DNA of 64,000 bases from Actinomycetes bacterium (GCA_029263075.1 JAJCYE010000019.1:10454-74453), one strand, 5' to 3'; numbered from the stretch's first letter, positions 19,490 through 30,591 are shown. Translations and numbers: made by a program. The notes: generated by a model not told the origin, from the sequence alone.

Positions 19490-21217
19490 CTACTCCGGCC
19501 GGTACCTATTCGTGATGGGCAACCGGCGATCCCGCCCGAACGCCCTCGACGTTACCTTGATTCCCGGGGGCGACTGGCGCCGTTTGTACTCCGCCCGGTC
19601 GACCATCTCTGCGACCCTTTTGACCATCGGCCGGTCGTAGCCGAGGGCGGCGATCTCATCGATCCCGAGGTGATTCTCCACGTACTCCTTGAGGATCGGG
19701 TCCAGAAGTTCGTAGGGAGGGAGTGAGTCCGTGTCCAACTGGTCGGGAGCCAGTTCGGCGGTAGGCGGTCGATCCAGGATCGCAGGTGGAATGGCTTCGC
19801 CCAGGGCGTTGCGCCAACCGGAGAGTTTGTAAACGAGGGTTTTCGGCACGTCCTTCAACACCGCGAAGCCCCCGGCCATGTCGCCGTAGAGCGTGGCATA
19901 ACCCACGGCCATCTCGGATTTGTTGCCGGTGGACAGCAGTAGCCGGCCGGTGGAGTTCGACACGTACATCCACAGGTTTCCCCGGATCCTTGCCTGTAGA
20001 TTCTGATCGGCTACTGAGAACTCGGTCTCTTCGAACTCCTCCGCCAGTGTGCGGCGCAGGGACGCCAGTGGGATTCCAATGGGCAGGGTGATCAGTTTGA
20101 AACCCAGGTTCTCCGCCAGCTGTTTGGCGTCCTGCGTGCTCTGGGAGGACGTGAACTCGCTGGGGTTGGAGAGGCCAAGTACGTTTTCGGGTCCGATGGC
20201 GTCCACCGCGATCGCAGCCGTCAGGGCGGAGTCGACCCCACCCGAGATGCCGATCACCGCCTCGCGGAAGCCGTTCTTCGCCATGTAGTCCCGCACCCCG
20301 AGGACCAGGGCGCCGTAGACCTCGCCGATCGGATCCAGCTCCGGCGCAATCTTGGGCTCGATGGGAACCCGGTCCGGGGCCGGTCGCCAGTCCAAGTCGA
20401 CCACCACCACGGTCCCGGCGCCCATCTCGTCCGCCACCTGCTCGATTAGGACTCCCTCGGGCTCCGGTACGCGGGCGCCTTCCTCGCCGTCGGGGTCGAA
20501 GTCGAAGATCAGGAGTTCCTCGCTAAATTGACCCGCCCGGGCGATCAGTTTGCCGTCGGCGGAGACCACCATGGACTGGCCGTCGAAGATCACCTCGTCA
20601 CCGCCGCCGACGCAGTTCACGTAAGCGACCGCGACGCCGTTGCCGCGGGCCCGGCGGGTCAACAGGCCGAGGCGTTCGGCGCCCTTCCCGGCGTGGAAGG
20701 GAGAGGCGTTGATGTTGATTATGAGTTGGGCGCCGGCCTCGGCGCAGTCGACGTGGGGCCCGTTCTCCAGCCACAGGTCCTCGCATACCGTGACCCCGAA
20801 GGTGAGGCCGTCGATCTCCGCCAGGACCACCTCGTCCCCCGACGAGAAGTACCTGCGTTCGTCGAACACCCCGTAGTTGGGCAGGTGATGTTTGTGGTAC
20901 ACGCCCTTAACGCGGCCGTCGCCCACGAGGGCTGCGGCGTTGTAAAGACGACCGTTGACCCGGTCCACGAAGCCGATGACCGCCGAGATCCCCATTGTGG
21001 AGGCGGCGATGGAATCCAGCGCGGCCCTGCTGTCCGCAACGAAACTGCTTTTGAGGAGGAGGTCGTCCGGGGGGTAGCCGGTAATGACCATCTCGGGAAA
21101 GGCGATCACGTCGACGCCGGACGATTTGGCCTGCTCGATGTACCGCAGGATCAGCGCGGAGTTGCCCCGCAGATCACCGATAGCGGGGTTTACTTGAGCC
21201 AGTGCAAGGCGGACCAT
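19490..21217 (-). CDS. nadE: Glutamine-dependent NAD+ synthetase
   Basis: Nitrilase-like N-terminal domain (FPE, LPNYGVFDE, CEDLW) plus SGGVDS, NLQARIRG, TGNKSE and EYKRRQ motifs. Confidence 0.95.
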   Translation of the reverse strand: MVRLALAQVNPAIGDLRGNSALILRYIEQAKSSGVDVIAFPEMVITGYPPDDLLLKSSFVADSRAALDSIAASTMGISAVIGFVDRVNGRLYNAAALVGDGRVKGVYHKHHLPNYGVFDERRYFSSGDEVVLAEIDGLTFGVTVCEDLWLENGPHVDCAEAGAQLIININASPFHAGKGAERLGLLTRRARGNGVAVAYVNCVGGGDEVIFDGQSMVVSADGKLIARAGQFSEELLIFDFDPDGEEGARVPEPEGVLIEQVADEMGAGTVVVVDLDWRPAPDRVPIEPKIAPELDPIGEVYGALVLGVRDYMAKNGFREAVIGISGGVDSALTAAIAVDAIGPENVLGLSNPSEFTSSQSTQDAKQLAENLGFKLITLPIGIPLASLRRTLAEEFEETEFSVADQNLQARIRGNLWMYVSNSTGRLLLSTGNKSEMAVGYATLYGDMAGGFAVLKDVPKTLVYKLSGWRNALGEAIPPAILDRPPTAELAPDQLDTDSLPPYELLDPILKEYVENHLGIDEIAALGYDRPMVKRVAEMVDRAEYKRRQSPPGIKVTSRAFGRDRRLPITNRYRPE

Positions 21218-21306
21218 CGCTAAAGAGTAGCCGTTTGCGGGGCCCCGGTTCCAGACGGAGGCTTAAACGGGTCGCTCAGTTACAGATGCTGGTCTTTGAA
21301 GGAGGA

Positions 21307-22317
21307 CTAATCCTTCCCAGGTGCAATCCCGGGGAGAGTTACTACCATCCGGCAGCCGACCGGCCGTCCGGAGTCCACCCGGATCTCGCCGCCGTGCAGG
21401 TCGACGATCCAGCGGGCGATGGCCAGCCCCAGCCCGGTTCCGCCCTGGGTAGAGGACCGTGCGGCATCGGCCCGGTAGAACCGTTCAAAAACCCGGCTCG
21501 CCTCGTTCTGGGGGATCCCGGGGCCTTCGTCTGCCACCTCGATGGTCACCCGCCGCTCGTTGCCGTGGGCGGCAACCGTGACCTCGGCGTCCTCGGGGGA
21601 GTGACGGACCGCGTTCTCGATCAGGTTGGCCATCACCTGGTGTACCCGCTCCTGATCGCCGTCGACGGTAAGGTCCGGCGGGTCGACGGAGACCGTTAGG
21701 TGAACGTTGCGGGAGTGGAGTTTGGACTCCCTCACTGCCTGCTGGAGCAGGTCTTCGATCCGGAAGTGGGTCCGCTGTAGGGGGACCGCTCCCGACTCCA
21801 GCCGGGACAGGTCCAACAATTGGGTCACCAACCGGCCGAGCCGGCGCACCTGCTCGTGCATGGTGGTGAAGGTGACCGGGTCCGGTTCCTCTACGCCGTC
21901 GATCAGATTTTCGAGCACCGCCTGGAGTGCGCTGATGGGCGTCCTCAGCTCGTGGGATACGTTGGCAATCAGGTCCCGCCTCATGCGGTCGACCTGTTCC
22001 AACTCCGACGCCATTGCGTTGAACGCCCGGGCCAACTCTCCCACCTCGTCCCGGGAGGTGGCGGTGACCCGCTTGGAGTAGTCCCCGCGGGACATGGTGC
22101 GGGCGGCCGAGACCATCTCCCTAAGCGGCGAGGTCATGCCCCGGGCCAGGAACTGGACCATCAGCAGCGAGAGCGCCCCGGAAGCCGTACCTACAACCAG
22201 GAGGGGGATACCGGCGCGGATCCCAAGGGTGTGGACCGCCACGGTGACCGCCACCGAGGCGACGATTACTACGCCGAGTTTGGTCTTGATCGAAGAAAGC
22301 GGATCTAGTGGTCTCAA
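21307..22317 (-). CDS. Sensor histidine kinase (two TMs, HAMP, HisKA, HATPase)
   Basis: SHELRTP H-box; NLIENA, DEGPGI and GTGLGL boxes; very short extracellular loop. Confidence 0.93.
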   Translation of the reverse strand: MRPLDPLSSIKTKLGVVIVASVAVTVAVHTLGIRAGIPLLVVGTASGALSLLMVQFLARGMTSPLREMVSAARTMSRGDYSKRVTATSRDEVGELARAFNAMASELEQVDRMRRDLIANVSHELRTPISALQAVLENLIDGVEEPDPVTFTTMHEQVRRLGRLVTQLLDLSRLESGAVPLQRTHFRIEDLLQQAVRESKLHSRNVHLTVSVDPPDLTVDGDQERVHQVMANLIENAVRHSPEDAEVTVAAHGNERRVTIEVADEGPGIPQNEASRVFERFYRADAARSSTQGGTGLGLAIARWIVDLHGGEIRVDSGRPVGCRMVVTLPGIAPGKD

Positions 22318-22994
22318 ATCCCTCCAGATTCCACTGCGTAGCCGACCCCGTGGACGGTTCGAAGCAGGTCCGATCCCAGCTTACGCCGCAGTGCTCCCAC
22401 GTGGGAGTCGACCGTCCGGCCGCCGAAACCTTCCCGGTATCCCCACACTTCGGCGAGGAGTTGTTCCCGGGTAAACACCACACCGGGCCGGGCTGCCAGC
22501 GTGTAGAGAAGTTCGAATTCGATGGGGGTGAGATGGATGATCTCCTGCGCCCTGCGGACCTGGCGGCGGGAGGGGTCGACCTCCAGGTCGCCCACCCGGA
22601 ACACCCTGTCCGGGGGCGTAGGGAACTTGCGGGCGCGCCTGAGAAGGGCGCGGACCCGGGCTACGAGTTCCCGGGGGCTGAACGGCTTGGTCATGTAGTC
22701 GTCGGCCCCGATACCCAAGCCCACCAGCATGTCTGTCTCGGAGTCTCTTGCGGTCAACATAAGGACGGGGATCGGGCGCTCCCGCTGGATGCGCCGGCAC
22801 ACCTCCAGGCCATCGAAGCCTGGCAGCATGACGTCCAGCACCACCAAATCGGGGCGGGACCGCTCGCACAACTCCACGCCGGAGGGACCGTCGGGCGCCA
22901 CCTCCACCTTAAAACCTTCACGCCTGAGCCGTGCGGCAACCGCAGCGGCAATGATCGACTCATCTTCGATTACTGCAATAGTTGCTGAATCCAT
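22314..22994 (-). CDS. OmpR-family response regulator
   Basis: EDE, LDVMLP, GADDYMTKPF and winged-helix TVHGVGY motifs. ATG lies 6 nt after TACACT. Confidence 0.93.
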   Translation of the reverse strand: MDSATIAVIEDESIIAAAVAARLRREGFKVEVAPDGPSGVELCERSRPDLVVLDVMLPGFDGLEVCRRIQRERPIPVLMLTARDSETDMLVGLGIGADDYMTKPFSPRELVARVRALLRRARKFPTPPDRVFRVGDLEVDPSRRQVRRAQEIIHLTPIEFELLYTLAARPGVVFTREQLLAEVWGYREGFGGRTVDSHVGALRRKLGSDLLRTVHGVGYAVESGGI

Positions 22995-23079
22995 GGGACC
23001 AGTGTAGGAACCGACTGCGGTCATGGTCTGTAGACCGTGTCGAGATTTTGTAGAGATTGACCGGGGCCCGGGGCCGGCA

Positions 23080-24246
23080 CTAATCGGCTACGTACTCGAA
23101 GTGCATGCCGTCGGGGTAGGTCCAGCGCCCTCCCCAGCTGAAGCCGTGGCGTTCCATAATCTCCACCAGGCGGAGGTCCATGGTGGGAGGCTGCCCGTAA
23201 AGATTTCCGGCGACGTTGAAGTCGAAGGCGATTCCCCACGAGTGGCGCGACAAACCGGCTTGTTTTCCCGAGCGGATGTACCGGGGCGAGTAGCACCCTC
23301 CGAACTCTCCCGGGCGGATGAGGTCGCCCAGGCCAGCGTCTTCGACTTCCCGGAAAGCAGCCCGCATCTTGGGGACGATCTTTTTGTGGCACCGGAAGGT
23401 CCCCAGCCGGTAGATGCTCGCCATCTCGGTGTTGGCATCGACCCAGGCCTTGTCGATCCCGATGTTTTCGGACGCTGAATTGACCGCGGGGAACTCACCG
23501 AAGATGGTTTTGATCCTGCCCAAGGACAGCAGGGGCGAGGGAGCCGAGGTAGCCCCGCTGCCTTCCGGTCCTCTGACCCTGCGGGACGGGTCCGCAGGCA
23601 TTGCGCCTCTTATGCGGTCTTCAACCGCTCTGCCCGACTCCAGCTTCTCCAAACCGATCACCAGATAGCGGGTGTCGTTCAGGTGGATCGACGCCCCCGT
23701 CTGGTGGGACACCATCACTTCGTGATCGTGCAGGTAGATATCGTCGACCACTCCGATCACCGGGATCTCCACCTGGTGGAACTGCAGTGAACCTTTATCG
23801 GCGATGCTCCTCAGGGCGGCGCCGGTACGGGAGAGGATGGCGCCGCCCCCGCTCAGCTCGGCAAACTTGGCACGGAGCGGTTGAGGAAGGGTTTGCTTGT
23901 ACTGCTCGGGGTCCACCGCCACTGCGTCGACCGGGACCTTGAGCCCGCGGGGAGGAGCGAGTGGGTGGGGACCCCCGTTGGCCCAGGCGGTCAGCCATCC
24001 GGTCCCGCTGCGCATTTCCGCCACCCCGGTTACTTCCGGCATGCTACGGGCGGCATTTACGACTTGGGGGATGAACTGAGCGTCGGGGGCGACGGTTAGA
24101 TAGGGGAGGGCCGTTCCCGGCCTGCCGGCGACCCTGATCTCCGCCTCGGAGGACGGCATACGAAAGCCGGCCAGGGCAACCAGCATGAGGCCTCCGATCA
24201 GGAAGAGGCAGAGTCCGGGCGCGATTAATACCACTGGCTTTTTCAT
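23080..24246 (-). CDS. Membrane-anchored M15-family (D-Ala-D-Ala carboxypeptidase-like) metallopeptidase
   Basis: N-terminal TM; C-terminal SRHSWGIAFD and WGGRW..PDGMHFE zinc motifs. Confidence 0.8.
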   Translation of the reverse strand: MKKPVVLIAPGLCLFLIGGLMLVALAGFRMPSSEAEIRVAGRPGTALPYLTVAPDAQFIPQVVNAARSMPEVTGVAEMRSGTGWLTAWANGGPHPLAPPRGLKVPVDAVAVDPEQYKQTLPQPLRAKFAELSGGGAILSRTGAALRSIADKGSLQFHQVEIPVIGVVDDIYLHDHEVMVSHQTGASIHLNDTRYLVIGLEKLESGRAVEDRIRGAMPADPSRRVRGPEGSGATSAPSPLLSLGRIKTIFGEFPAVNSASENIGIDKAWVDANTEMASIYRLGTFRCHKKIVPKMRAAFREVEDAGLGDLIRPGEFGGCYSPRYIRSGKQAGLSRHSWGIAFDFNVAGNLYGQPPTMDLRLVEIMERHGFSWGGRWTYPDGMHFEYVAD

Positions 24247-24350
24247 AGGCGTCTTGTCGCTTAGCAGTTGCCGGTTGGAGCGGACCTGTACCTATCGGCA
24301 CGTTTGGCCCGTCCTTCAGTGCTTTCCGAACATTCGGGCGGAGCAGGTCC

Positions 24351-25391
24351 CTAAGAAGCGGCTTCTGCGATCAGTTCCGAAGCTTCCCTGGTCGACAGGT
24401 GGTCCGGCGCGATCTTCCCCGCTACCGCCTCAACCGCCCGCTCGAGCCGTTCGGCGCCGGCGTCTTCGCCCAGGTGTTGGAGCATCATGGCGGCGGAGAG
24501 GATGGCCCCGATGGGGTTGGCCAGGCCGGTTCCGGCGATGTCGGGGGCGGAGCCGTGAACCGGCTCGAACATCGACACCTTCCCCGGGTGCATGTTGGCG
24601 CTGCCCACAAAACCGATGCCCCCCACCAGTCCGGCGGCCAGGTCGCTGAGGATGTCGCCGAACAGGTTGTCGGTGACCACCACCTGGAACCGTTTCGGCT
24701 GGGTGACCATCAACAGGCAGGCGGCGTCGATGTGCTGGTAGGCGGTCTCGACGCCCGGGAATTCGGGGCCGATCTCCTTCATTGCCCTCAGGTACAAGCC
24801 GCCCGCCCTTTCCAGGACGTTGGTCTTGTGCACCAGGGTGAGCGACTGCTTGCGGGCGGCCGCCAGTTCAAACCCGTAACGAACGATCCGGCTGATCGAC
24901 GGCCAGGTGTTCAGGGAGACCTCGGTGCTTATCTCCAGTTCGGTCCCTGGGTTCTCCGACTCCCCGCGGCCGCAGTACAGGCCCTCGGTGTTCTCACGAA
25001 CGATGGTGACGTCGAGTTGGTCGGCATTGTTGAGCACGCTGGAAACTCCGCTCAACAGGCGCGAAGGGCGCAGGTTCACGTAGAGGTCCAGTTCCCGGCG
25101 GAGGCGCAGGAGAAGGCCCTTCTCCAGGATTCCGGGTGGCACCCGGGGGTCGCCGACTGCCCCCAGGAGGACTGCCTCGTGTTCGTGCAAACGCGCGAGA
25201 TCGTCGTCGGTCAAGATCTCGCCGGTGTTCAGGTACCTGTTTGCGCCCAACTCATAGTTGGTGACCTCAAGCGCAAAACCTTCCGCATCGGCCACCGCAT
25301 CGAGGGCCATGAGCGCCCCTTCGATGACTTCCGGACCGATGCCGTCCCCCGGCACCACGGCCAGGTTGTGGCTACGAACGACCTCGGCCAT
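24351..25391 (-). CDS. leuB: 3-isopropylmalate dehydrogenase
   Basis: PGDGIGPEV, RENTEG, DNLFGDILSD and EPVHGSAPDIAG motifs; coupled to leuA. Confidence 0.93.
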   Translation of the reverse strand: MAEVVRSHNLAVVPGDGIGPEVIEGALMALDAVADAEGFALEVTNYELGANRYLNTGEILTDDDLARLHEHEAVLLGAVGDPRVPPGILEKGLLLRLRRELDLYVNLRPSRLLSGVSSVLNNADQLDVTIVRENTEGLYCGRGESENPGTELEISTEVSLNTWPSISRIVRYGFELAAARKQSLTLVHKTNVLERAGGLYLRAMKEIGPEFPGVETAYQHIDAACLLMVTQPKRFQVVVTDNLFGDILSDLAAGLVGGIGFVGSANMHPGKVSMFEPVHGSAPDIAGTGLANPIGAILSAAMMLQHLGEDAGAERLERAVEAVAGKIAPDHLSTREASELIAEAAS

Positions 25392-26932
25392 CAAAACGAC
25401 GGTGCGTCGTGCGCGGCACGACGGGTGTTGACGTTGGTAGCTCGATTGACTGCGTTCAAGAACGCTCGTGCCGAGCCCTCCACCACGTCGGTGGAGACAC
25501 CCCTGCCGGAGTAGATGACGCCGTCTACGTTGACCTGGACCGAGACCTCGCCGACCGCGTCGGTTCCTCCGGTCACCGCGCCGACCTTGAAGCTCAGCAA
25601 CTTGGCGTTGATCCCCAGGGCCCTCTTGATGGCACCGCAGGTCGCGTCGATCATCCCGTCGCCCTCGGCCGATTCCTCGAATGTCTCGTCGCCCGAACGG
25701 ATGCGAACCTTGGCGGTCGGATGGACGTGGGTCCCGCCCCGGACCTGCAGGTCCTCTAAAACGTAGTTGTCCTGGGAGGTGCTGATCTCGTCGGTGACCA
25801 CGGCCAACAGGTCGGCCTCCGTCATCTCCTTCTTGCGGTCCACCAACTCCCGGAAGCGGCCCCAGGCCCGGTTCAGGTCTTCGCCGTTCAGGTCGTAGCC
25901 CATGTCGGACAGGGTTTTGGCGAAGGCGTGGCGGCCTGAATGTTTGCCCAGCACGATCCGGTTGGAGTCCCAGCCGACCGAGGTCGCGTCCATGATCTCG
26001 TAGGTGGTCCGGTCCATCAGCACGCCGTGCTGGTGGATCCCCGCCTCGTGGGCGAAGGCGTTGGCTCCCACGATGGCTTTGTTCGGCGGCACCTGGTAGC
26101 CGGTCAGCGCTGAAACCAGCCGTGAGGTACGGACAATCTGCTTGGAGTCGGCACCCGTGGTGACGCCCATGCTGGCACCCCGGGTCTGGATGGCCATGAT
26201 GACCTCCTCGACCGAACAGTTGCCCGCCCGCTCACCGATGGCGTTGATGGCGCCCTCTACCTGCCGGGCGCCGGCACTCACGCCGGCCAGGGCGTTGGCA
26301 ACCGCCAGGCCCAGGTCCTGGTGGGTGTGGGTGGACCAAACCACGTCCTGGGCGCCCTCAACGTTGTCGATCAGGTAGCGGAACAGGTCGGCGTATTCGT
26401 TGGGCAGCGCATAGCCGACGGTGTCGGGCACGTTGCAAGTGGTGGCGCCGGCCTTGATGGCGGCGTTGAACATCTTCACCAGGAACTCGGGGTCGCTGCG
26501 GGTGGCGTCCTCAGCGCTGAACTCCACGTCCGGGCAGTAGTTGCGGGCTCGTTCCACCCCAGCGATGGCAATGCTCATTACCTGCTCGGGAGTTTTGTGC
26601 AGCTTCTTCTCCATATGGATGGAGGAAGTTGCGATGAAAACGTGGATCCGGGATCTCTGGGCGTCCTTGATGGATTCCCAGGCCCGGTCGATGTCGTCGA
26701 ACTGCATACGCGCCAGCCCGCAGATCACCGGCCCCTTTACGTTTTGGGCCACCGCCCTCACCGCCTCGAACTCGGACTGCGAGTTAATGGGGAAGCCCGC
26801 CTCGATGATGTCTACTCCCAGCGCGGCCAATTGGTGGGCTATCTCCACCTTTTCTTTGCCGCTCAGGTTGATGCCCGGGGACTGCTCCCCGTCGCGCAGC
26901 GTGGTGTCGAAGATGTGTACCTGGTCGGTCAT
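25391..26932 (-). CDS. leuA: 2-isopropylmalate synthase
   Basis: DTTLRDGEQSPG, HTHQDLG, GERAGN and HEAGIHQ motifs plus a C-terminal regulatory domain. Confidence 0.95.
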   Translation of the reverse strand: MTDQVHIFDTTLRDGEQSPGINLSGKEKVEIAHQLAALGVDIIEAGFPINSQSEFEAVRAVAQNVKGPVICGLARMQFDDIDRAWESIKDAQRSRIHVFIATSSIHMEKKLHKTPEQVMSIAIAGVERARNYCPDVEFSAEDATRSDPEFLVKMFNAAIKAGATTCNVPDTVGYALPNEYADLFRYLIDNVEGAQDVVWSTHTHQDLGLAVANALAGVSAGARQVEGAINAIGERAGNCSVEEVIMAIQTRGASMGVTTGADSKQIVRTSRLVSALTGYQVPPNKAIVGANAFAHEAGIHQHGVLMDRTTYEIMDATSVGWDSNRIVLGKHSGRHAFAKTLSDMGYDLNGEDLNRAWGRFRELVDRKKEMTEADLLAVVTDEISTSQDNYVLEDLQVRGGTHVHPTAKVRIRSGDETFEESAEGDGMIDATCGAIKRALGINAKLLSFKVGAVTGGTDAVGEVSVQVNVDGVIYSGRGVSTDVVEGSARAFLNAVNRATNVNTRRAAHDAPSF

Positions 26933-27017
26933 ACCAGACTCCTTAAGTGGTCAACTCGTGGGTCGCTTTTTGATGGATGGGCTCTGGGTCGCACCTTTAC
27001 AGCAGCGACCCGAGCCC

Positions 27018-27095
27018 TCAAAGCGCGAGTAAGAGAACAGTCGGGGGGGTGCCCCCCGACGACCCCCCAAAAACCTCGTTGGAGTTAGCAGGCAT
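27018..27095 (-). promoter_or_regulatory. leuA leader peptide MPANSNEVFGGSSGGTPPTVLLLAL with downstream alternative hairpins (attenuator)
   Basis: ORF ends in CTC TTA CTC GCG CTT TGA, followed by a GGGCTCGGGTCGC...GCGACCCAGAGCCC stem and a second GCGACCC copy nearer the leuA RBS. Confidence 0.7.
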
Positions 27096-27101
27096 TGATG
27101 T

Positions 27102-28097
27102 TCAGTCCTTTCGCAGCCAGGGCATCATGGACCTGAGTTCTTTGCCGACCGCCTCGATCTTGTGGGCTGCCGCGTCGTCTCGCATCTTCTGGAAGTTGGG
27201 GGAGCCGGCCTCGGCTTCCGCCACCCACTCGTCGGCAAAGTTGCCGCTTTGGATGTCGACCAGGATCTTGTCCATGGCTTCGCGGGTCTCGTCGGTTACC
27301 ACCCGCTGGCCGCGGGTCAGGTCGCCGTACTCGGCGGTGTCGGAGATGGAGTTGCGCATCTTCGCCAGACCGCCTTCGTAGATCAGGTCGACGATCAGCT
27401 TCACTTCGTGAAGACACTCGAAGTAGGCGACTTCCGGCTGGTAGCCGGCGTCCACCAGGGTCTCGAAGCCGGTCTGGATCAGCCGGGTCAGGCCGCCGCA
27501 CAGCACGGCCTGCTCGCCAAACAAGTCGGTTTCGGTCTCCTCGGTGAACGTGGTAGCGATCAGCCCGGCGCGAGCCGAACCGATGCCGTAGGCGTAAGCC
27601 AGGGCGTAAGCCAGGGCCTTGCCGGTGGCGTCCTGCTCCACGGCCACCAGCGCCGGGGTGCCGATGCCTTCGGTGAAGGTGCGGCGGACCAGGTGCCCGG
27701 GTCCTTTGGGGGCGACCATGAAGACGTCGACTCCCGCCGGGGGAGTGATCCTCTTAAAACGGATGTTGAATCCGTGGGCGAAGACCAGGGCGTCGCCGTC
27801 GTTGAGGTTGGGTGCTATCGACTCGTCGTAAATCGCCTTGCAGGTCTGGTCGGGGACCAGCAGCATGATGACTTCGGCGTCGGCCGCAGCTTTGGAGGTT
27901 TCCATCACCTTCAGGCCCGTGGCTTCGGCCGCAGCCCAAGAGGACGAACCTTCCCTGAGGCCGACGCGGACGTCGAAGCCCTGGTCCTTGAGGTTCAGGG
28001 CGTGAGCATGGCCCTGGGAACCGAAACCGATGATCGCGATGGGTCGCCCCTTCAGGACTTCGGGATCGGCGTCCTTTTCGTAGTACTTCGTGGCCAT
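27102..28097 (-). CDS. ilvC: Ketol-acid reductoisomerase
   Basis: [20 protein letters not shown] and [10 protein letters not shown] motifs. Confidence 0.97.
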   Translation of the reverse strand: MATKYYEKDADPEVLKGRPIAIIGFGSQGHAHALNLKDQGFDVRVGLREGSSSWAAAEATGLKVMETSKAAADAEVIMLLVPDQTCKAIYDESIAPNLNDGDALVFAHGFNIRFKRITPPAGVDVFMVAPKGPGHLVRRTFTEGIGTPALVAVEQDATGKALAYALAYAYGIGSARAGLIATTFTEETETDLFGEQAVLCGGLTRLIQTGFETLVDAGYQPEVAYFECLHEVKLIVDLIYEGGLAKMRNSISDTAEYGDLTRGQRVVTDETREAMDKILVDIQSGNFADEWVAEAEAGSPNFQKMRDDAAAHKIEAVGKELRSMMPWLRKD

Positions 28098-28124
28098 GCC
28101 TGGTGCCTCCTAGATTGTTGTGTG

Positions 28125-28637
28125 TTAACCCGCCACCCGCAGTTGACGGTCTTTGATTGATTTGGAACCCCGGCCCAGTGCCACGCGGCCGGATTTGACC
28201 AGTTCGATTATCCCGTAGACGGCGACGAGATCTTCGAACGCCTGGATCTTCTCGGGGGAACCGGTGATCTCGATGGTCATGGAGTCGGTGCCGACGTCGA
28301 TGACCTTGCCCCGGAACACGTCGGCCAGCTCGATGATGCGGGCCCTGACCTCCGCAACGGCCCGGATCTTGATGAGCATGAGTTCACGCTCCACCGACGA
28401 TCCGGCCTCCAATTCGATGACCTTGAGCACGTTGATCAACTTGTACACCTGTTTGGTCACGTGCTCCAGCGGCCGCTCGGGCAGGTCGACCACAATCGTC
28501 ATGCGGCTGACGTTAGGGCTCTCGGTGGTGCCGACCGCCAGGGAGTGGATGTTGAAGCCCCGGCGGGCGAACAGCCCCGAAACCCGGGCCAACACGCCCG
28601 GCTTGTTCTCGACAAGGACTGCGATGGTGTGTTTCAC
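28125..28637 (-). CDS. ilvN: Acetolactate synthase small subunit
   Basis: LVENKPGVLARV.GLF.RRGFNI.SL ACT motif. Confidence 0.96.
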   Translation of the reverse strand: MKHTIAVLVENKPGVLARVSGLFARRGFNIHSLAVGTTESPNVSRMTIVVDLPERPLEHVTKQVYKLINVLKVIELEAGSSVERELMLIKIRAVAEVRARIIELADVFRGKVIDVGTDSMTIEITGSPEKIQAFEDLVAVYGIIELVKSGRVALGRGSKSIKDRQLRVAG

Positions 28638-28674
28638 GAGATGGCGCTCCCCTCAGTGATGTAGTGGCTCTCGA

Positions 28675-30459
28675 TCAATTTCCATGCTCCTCGTCGTCGC
28701 CGTACAGGTGGTCGCCCTGCTCGTGTTCAACGGGCTCGTCCCGCTCGAACTCCGGGCCCAGGATGATGTCGTCGTTGGAACTGCCGGCGGCGACCATCGG
28801 GTAACACATCTCACCCTTGTCGCAGCGGAAGTCGATGACCACCGGGCGGTCGTTGACCCCCCTGGCCTTCTCTATGGCGGCGTCGACCTCGTCCATCGAC
28901 TCGACCCTCAATCCGATGCAGCCGTACGCCTCGGCGAGCTTCACGTAGTCGGGGATGTCCCAGCCGAACTCCACCTCGGAGTAACGCTCGCTGTAGAACA
29001 GCTCCTGCCACTGGCGCACCATGCCCAAAAAGGCGTTGTTCAGGATGGCGATCTTGATCGGGATTTTCTCTACCGCCATTGTTGCGAGCTCCTGGCAGGT
29101 CATCTGGAAACAGCCGTCGCCGTCGATGCACCACACTTCGTCGTCCGGCATGGCCACCTTGGCGCCCATCGCCGCCGGTACACCGAAGCCCATAGCGCCG
29201 GAGCCGCCGGAGTTGATCCAGGTGCGGGGGCGCCGGAACGGGATGAATTGCGAACCCCACATCTGGTGCTGGCCCACGCCGGAGCAGTAGATCGCGTTGC
29301 CTTCGGTCAGTGCGGCGATCCGCTCTACCACGTACTGCGGCTTCAGGGGTCCGTCCTGGGTCTGGGTGTACCGGTAGGGGTACGCATTCCTCCAGCCGGT
29401 GACGGTTTCGAGCCACGCCGAGTAATCGGGGACGGGATCTTTGCCCCGGCGGGATTCGATGACCTTGATCAGCTCGGTCAGGACCGCTTTGGCGTCGCCG
29501 ACGATAGGCACGTCCGCCTTGCGGTTCTTGCTGATTTCCGCCGGGTCGATGTCGGCATGAATGATCTTGGCATCCGGGGCGAATGAGGCCAGCTTGCCGG
29601 TAACCCGGTCATCGAAGCGCGGTCCGATGCCGATCAGCAGGTCGCTGCGTTGCAGGGCGGTGACGGCGGTGTAGTTGCCGTGCATACCGGGCATGCCCAA
29701 GCACAGTTCGTGGGAGTCGGGGATGACGCCACGGGCCATGAGGGTGGTGACCACCGGGATCCCGGTCATCTCCGCCAGTTTTACCAGCTCCTCAGAGGCT
29801 CCCGCTTTGATGATTCCTCCGCCGGCGTACAGCACCGGCCGGGTTGCCGACGCCATCAACTTGGCCGCCTCGACAATCTGGCGCTGGTTGGGTTTGGTGG
29901 TGGGCTGGTACCCGGGCAGGTCGACGGGACCGGCCGGCTTGTACTCGAATTTCGCCTGCAGGACGTCTTTGGGGATGTCCACCAGGACCGGACCGGGCCG
30001 GCCGGTGCCGGCGATGTGGAACGCCTCGGCGATGGTTTGCGCGATGTCGTCCGGCTCCATGACCAAAAAAGTGTGTTTGGTGACCGGGCCGGCGATGCCG
30101 GTGATGTCGGATTCCTGGAAGGCGTCGTAGCCCATCGCCGGCCGCGGGACCTGCCCGGTGATGGCGACCACAGGGATCGAGTCCATAAAGGAGGACGCCA
30201 GGCCGGTGATCAGGTTGGTTGCACCCGGTCCCGAGGTGGCCATGCAGACGCCGACCTTGCCGGATGCCTGCGCGTAGCCGTCGGCGGCGTGTGCCGCACC
30301 CTGCTCGTGCCGGCAGAGGATGTGTTTGACCGTTGAATCGATCAACGGGTCGTAGGCGGGCAGGATTGCTCCGCCCGGTATACCAAAAATGTGCTCGACG
30401 CCAACTGCTTCGAGCGCAAGGAATAGGGCCTTTGCCCCGGTGACCTCGCTCATAGTCAT
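28675..30459 (-). CDS. ilvB: Acetolactate synthase large subunit
   Basis: [23 protein letters not shown] and GDG...NN ThDP motifs. Start may be 30453. Confidence 0.96.
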   Translation of the reverse strand: MTMSEVTGAKALFLALEAVGVEHIFGIPGGAILPAYDPLIDSTVKHILCRHEQGAAHAADGYAQASGKVGVCMATSGPGATNLITGLASSFMDSIPVVAITGQVPRPAMGYDAFQESDITGIAGPVTKHTFLVMEPDDIAQTIAEAFHIAGTGRPGPVLVDIPKDVLQAKFEYKPAGPVDLPGYQPTTKPNQRQIVEAAKLMASATRPVLYAGGGIIKAGASEELVKLAEMTGIPVVTTLMARGVIPDSHELCLGMPGMHGNYTAVTALQRSDLLIGIGPRFDDRVTGKLASFAPDAKIIHADIDPAEISKNRKADVPIVGDAKAVLTELIKVIESRRGKDPVPDYSAWLETVTGWRNAYPYRYTQTQDGPLKPQYVVERIAALTEGNAIYCSGVGQHQMWGSQFIPFRRPRTWINSGGSGAMGFGVPAAMGAKVAMPDDEVWCIDGDGCFQMTCQELATMAVEKIPIKIAILNNAFLGMVRQWQELFYSERYSEVEFGWDIPDYVKLAEAYGCIGLRVESMDEVDAAIEKARGVNDRPVVIDFRCDKGEMCYPMVAAGSSNDDIILGPEFERDEPVEHEQGDHLYGDDEEHGN

Positions 30460-30591
30460 GTTCCTTTCCTGAACGGCTCTAGGCAGTTCTTGCTCTTAAT
30501 GCAGTGGTTTGCAGGCGTGTTGGGAAGACTCGAAGGACTGAGCTCTACTCGCTCGGCTCGAAGTAGGGGGAGTCTGCAGTATCCGGGAAAC

